Below, in pieces: positions 62,810 to 64,000 of a stretch of 64,000 nucleotides of DNA. Source of the stretch: Heptranchias perlo (lineage: Eukaryota); the NCBI RefSeq assembly GCF_035084215.1, contig NC_090333.1, positions 36,766,001 to 36,830,000 on the forward strand, in the 5' to 3' direction. The position numbers were made by a program, and so were the translations under genes. The notes beneath the pieces were generated by a model. That model made no database searches. It had not been told where the DNA came from and saw only the letters and a program-made list of their open reading frames with translations. Each line of letters opens with the position of its first letter. Position 1 is the first letter of the stretch.

Positions 62810-63347
62810 AGTATTGTGTTCAATTCTGGCCACCGCACTTTAGGAAGTTTGTCAAGGCCTTAGAGAGGGTGCAGAAGAGATTTACTGGAATGGTACCAGG
62901 GATGAGGGACTTCAATTATATGGAGAGATTAGAGAAGCTTGGGTTATTCTCCTTAGAGCAGAGAAGGTCAAGAGGAGTTTGACAGGAGTGTTCAAAATTG
63001 GTTTTGATAGGGTAATTAAGGAAAGACTGTTACCAGTGGCAGATGGGTCGGTAACCAGAGGACACAGATTTAAGGTGATTGGCAAAAGAATCAGTGGCAA
63101 CATGAGGAAACACTTCTTTTTATGTGGCGAGTTGTTATGATCTGAAACACACTGCCTGAAAAGCTGGTGGAAACAGATTCAATAATAACTTTCAAAAGGG
63201 AATTGGATAAATACTTGAAGGGAAAACATTTACAGAGGTATGGGGAAAGAGCAGGGGAATGGAAATAGTTGGATAGCTCTTTCAAAGAGCCGGCACAGGC
63301 ACGATGGGCCAAATGGCTTCCTTCTGTGCTGTACCATACTATGATAC
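62810..63347 (+). mobile_element. CR1 3' end
   Basis: Same family as 19885-20348; tail accatactatgatac. Confidence 0.85.
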
Positions 63348-63494
63348 AACAGCCTTACCGGTCATACAGAATGGAAGCACAGAACATGGCCCTTTCTGGA
63401 AGCTCATGGTAGATTCCCACTTACTGCCAGAAGCACTTAGCAACATGCACAGAGTGTTAACATTTATATTCACATGGTTCAACACTTCTGATCC

Positions 63495-63640
63495 CCCTCC
63501 CATTCCCAACCTTTCCATCTTTGGCCTCGTTCACAGTTACAACCAAACGCCACACAAACTTCAGGAGCAGTATCTCATCTTCTTCTTAGGCACTCAGCAG
63601 CTTTCTGGTTTAAATAATAAAGGGATTTTTTCAATTTAGT
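63495..63640 (+). mobile_element. Penelope-like element GIY-YIG C-terminal fragment
   Basis: QTPHKLQEQYLIFFLGTQQLSGLN resembles the Penelope-type RKLEEQHLIFRLGTLQPxGLN motif. Confidence 0.65.
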
Positions 63641-64000
63641 GCTCTGGCAAGAGTCTCGTCCGCTTGAAGAACATATTGGAAATATGGGCAAGAGCTGTGC
63701 ATGATTTTTTGACCATTAATTTAAATGTATGTCCGAATCTCCGACATGTTAATCCAGTGAGCGAGGCCCCTCACTCAGTCAGAAGATTATCCCTATTGAC
63801 TTTAATGATTTCAGACCTTAGTTGCTTCTCATTTGCCATCCAATTTCTCTCATTCATTTTCCACTTTGGAGTTTCCAACATGTTTCCTCAATCAGATCAA
63901 GATGTCTGTATGTATCACCCAACACTTTTCAGCTTTTTCCAGTCAATAAAAAAAAAACACCCTCAGGAATTTGCCTCCTTCTTTGTAACAGTATCTGACC

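Overview
Eukaryotic, repeat-dense vertebrate DNA; the LINE/SINE families look cartilaginous-fish (shark-like), which is inference from recalled repeat types. Two host genes lie on the minus strand: the last coding exon of GPX7 (57368-57531) and SHISAL2A/FAM159A (exon 1 27510-27691, exon 2 8832-8971, probable exon 3 starting at 36 and running off the left edge), the same order as in human. The rest is mostly transposons: many CR1 LINEs (one full-length copy with about 20 tandem 52-bp 5' monomers), a decayed two-gene PIF/Harbinger element, three further Harbinger Myb-exon relics, at least 7 Harbinger-type MITEs, a Deu-type SINE, and L2 and Penelope fragments. The most unusual item is a 3.26-kb retroelement (11715-14971, minus strand) bounded by a probable target-site duplication. 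A tRNA-type Pol III head leads directly into an EN-RT frame with no ORF1 and no in-frame AUG before the endonuclease. Its sense strand has no TTTT for about 3.1 kb, and a 15-bp 5'/3' stem brackets the ORF. It is a candidate Pol III-transcribed autonomous LINE, with a possible ORF-less SINE partner at 61133-61220. All analysis was by eye; repeat boundaries are approximate.
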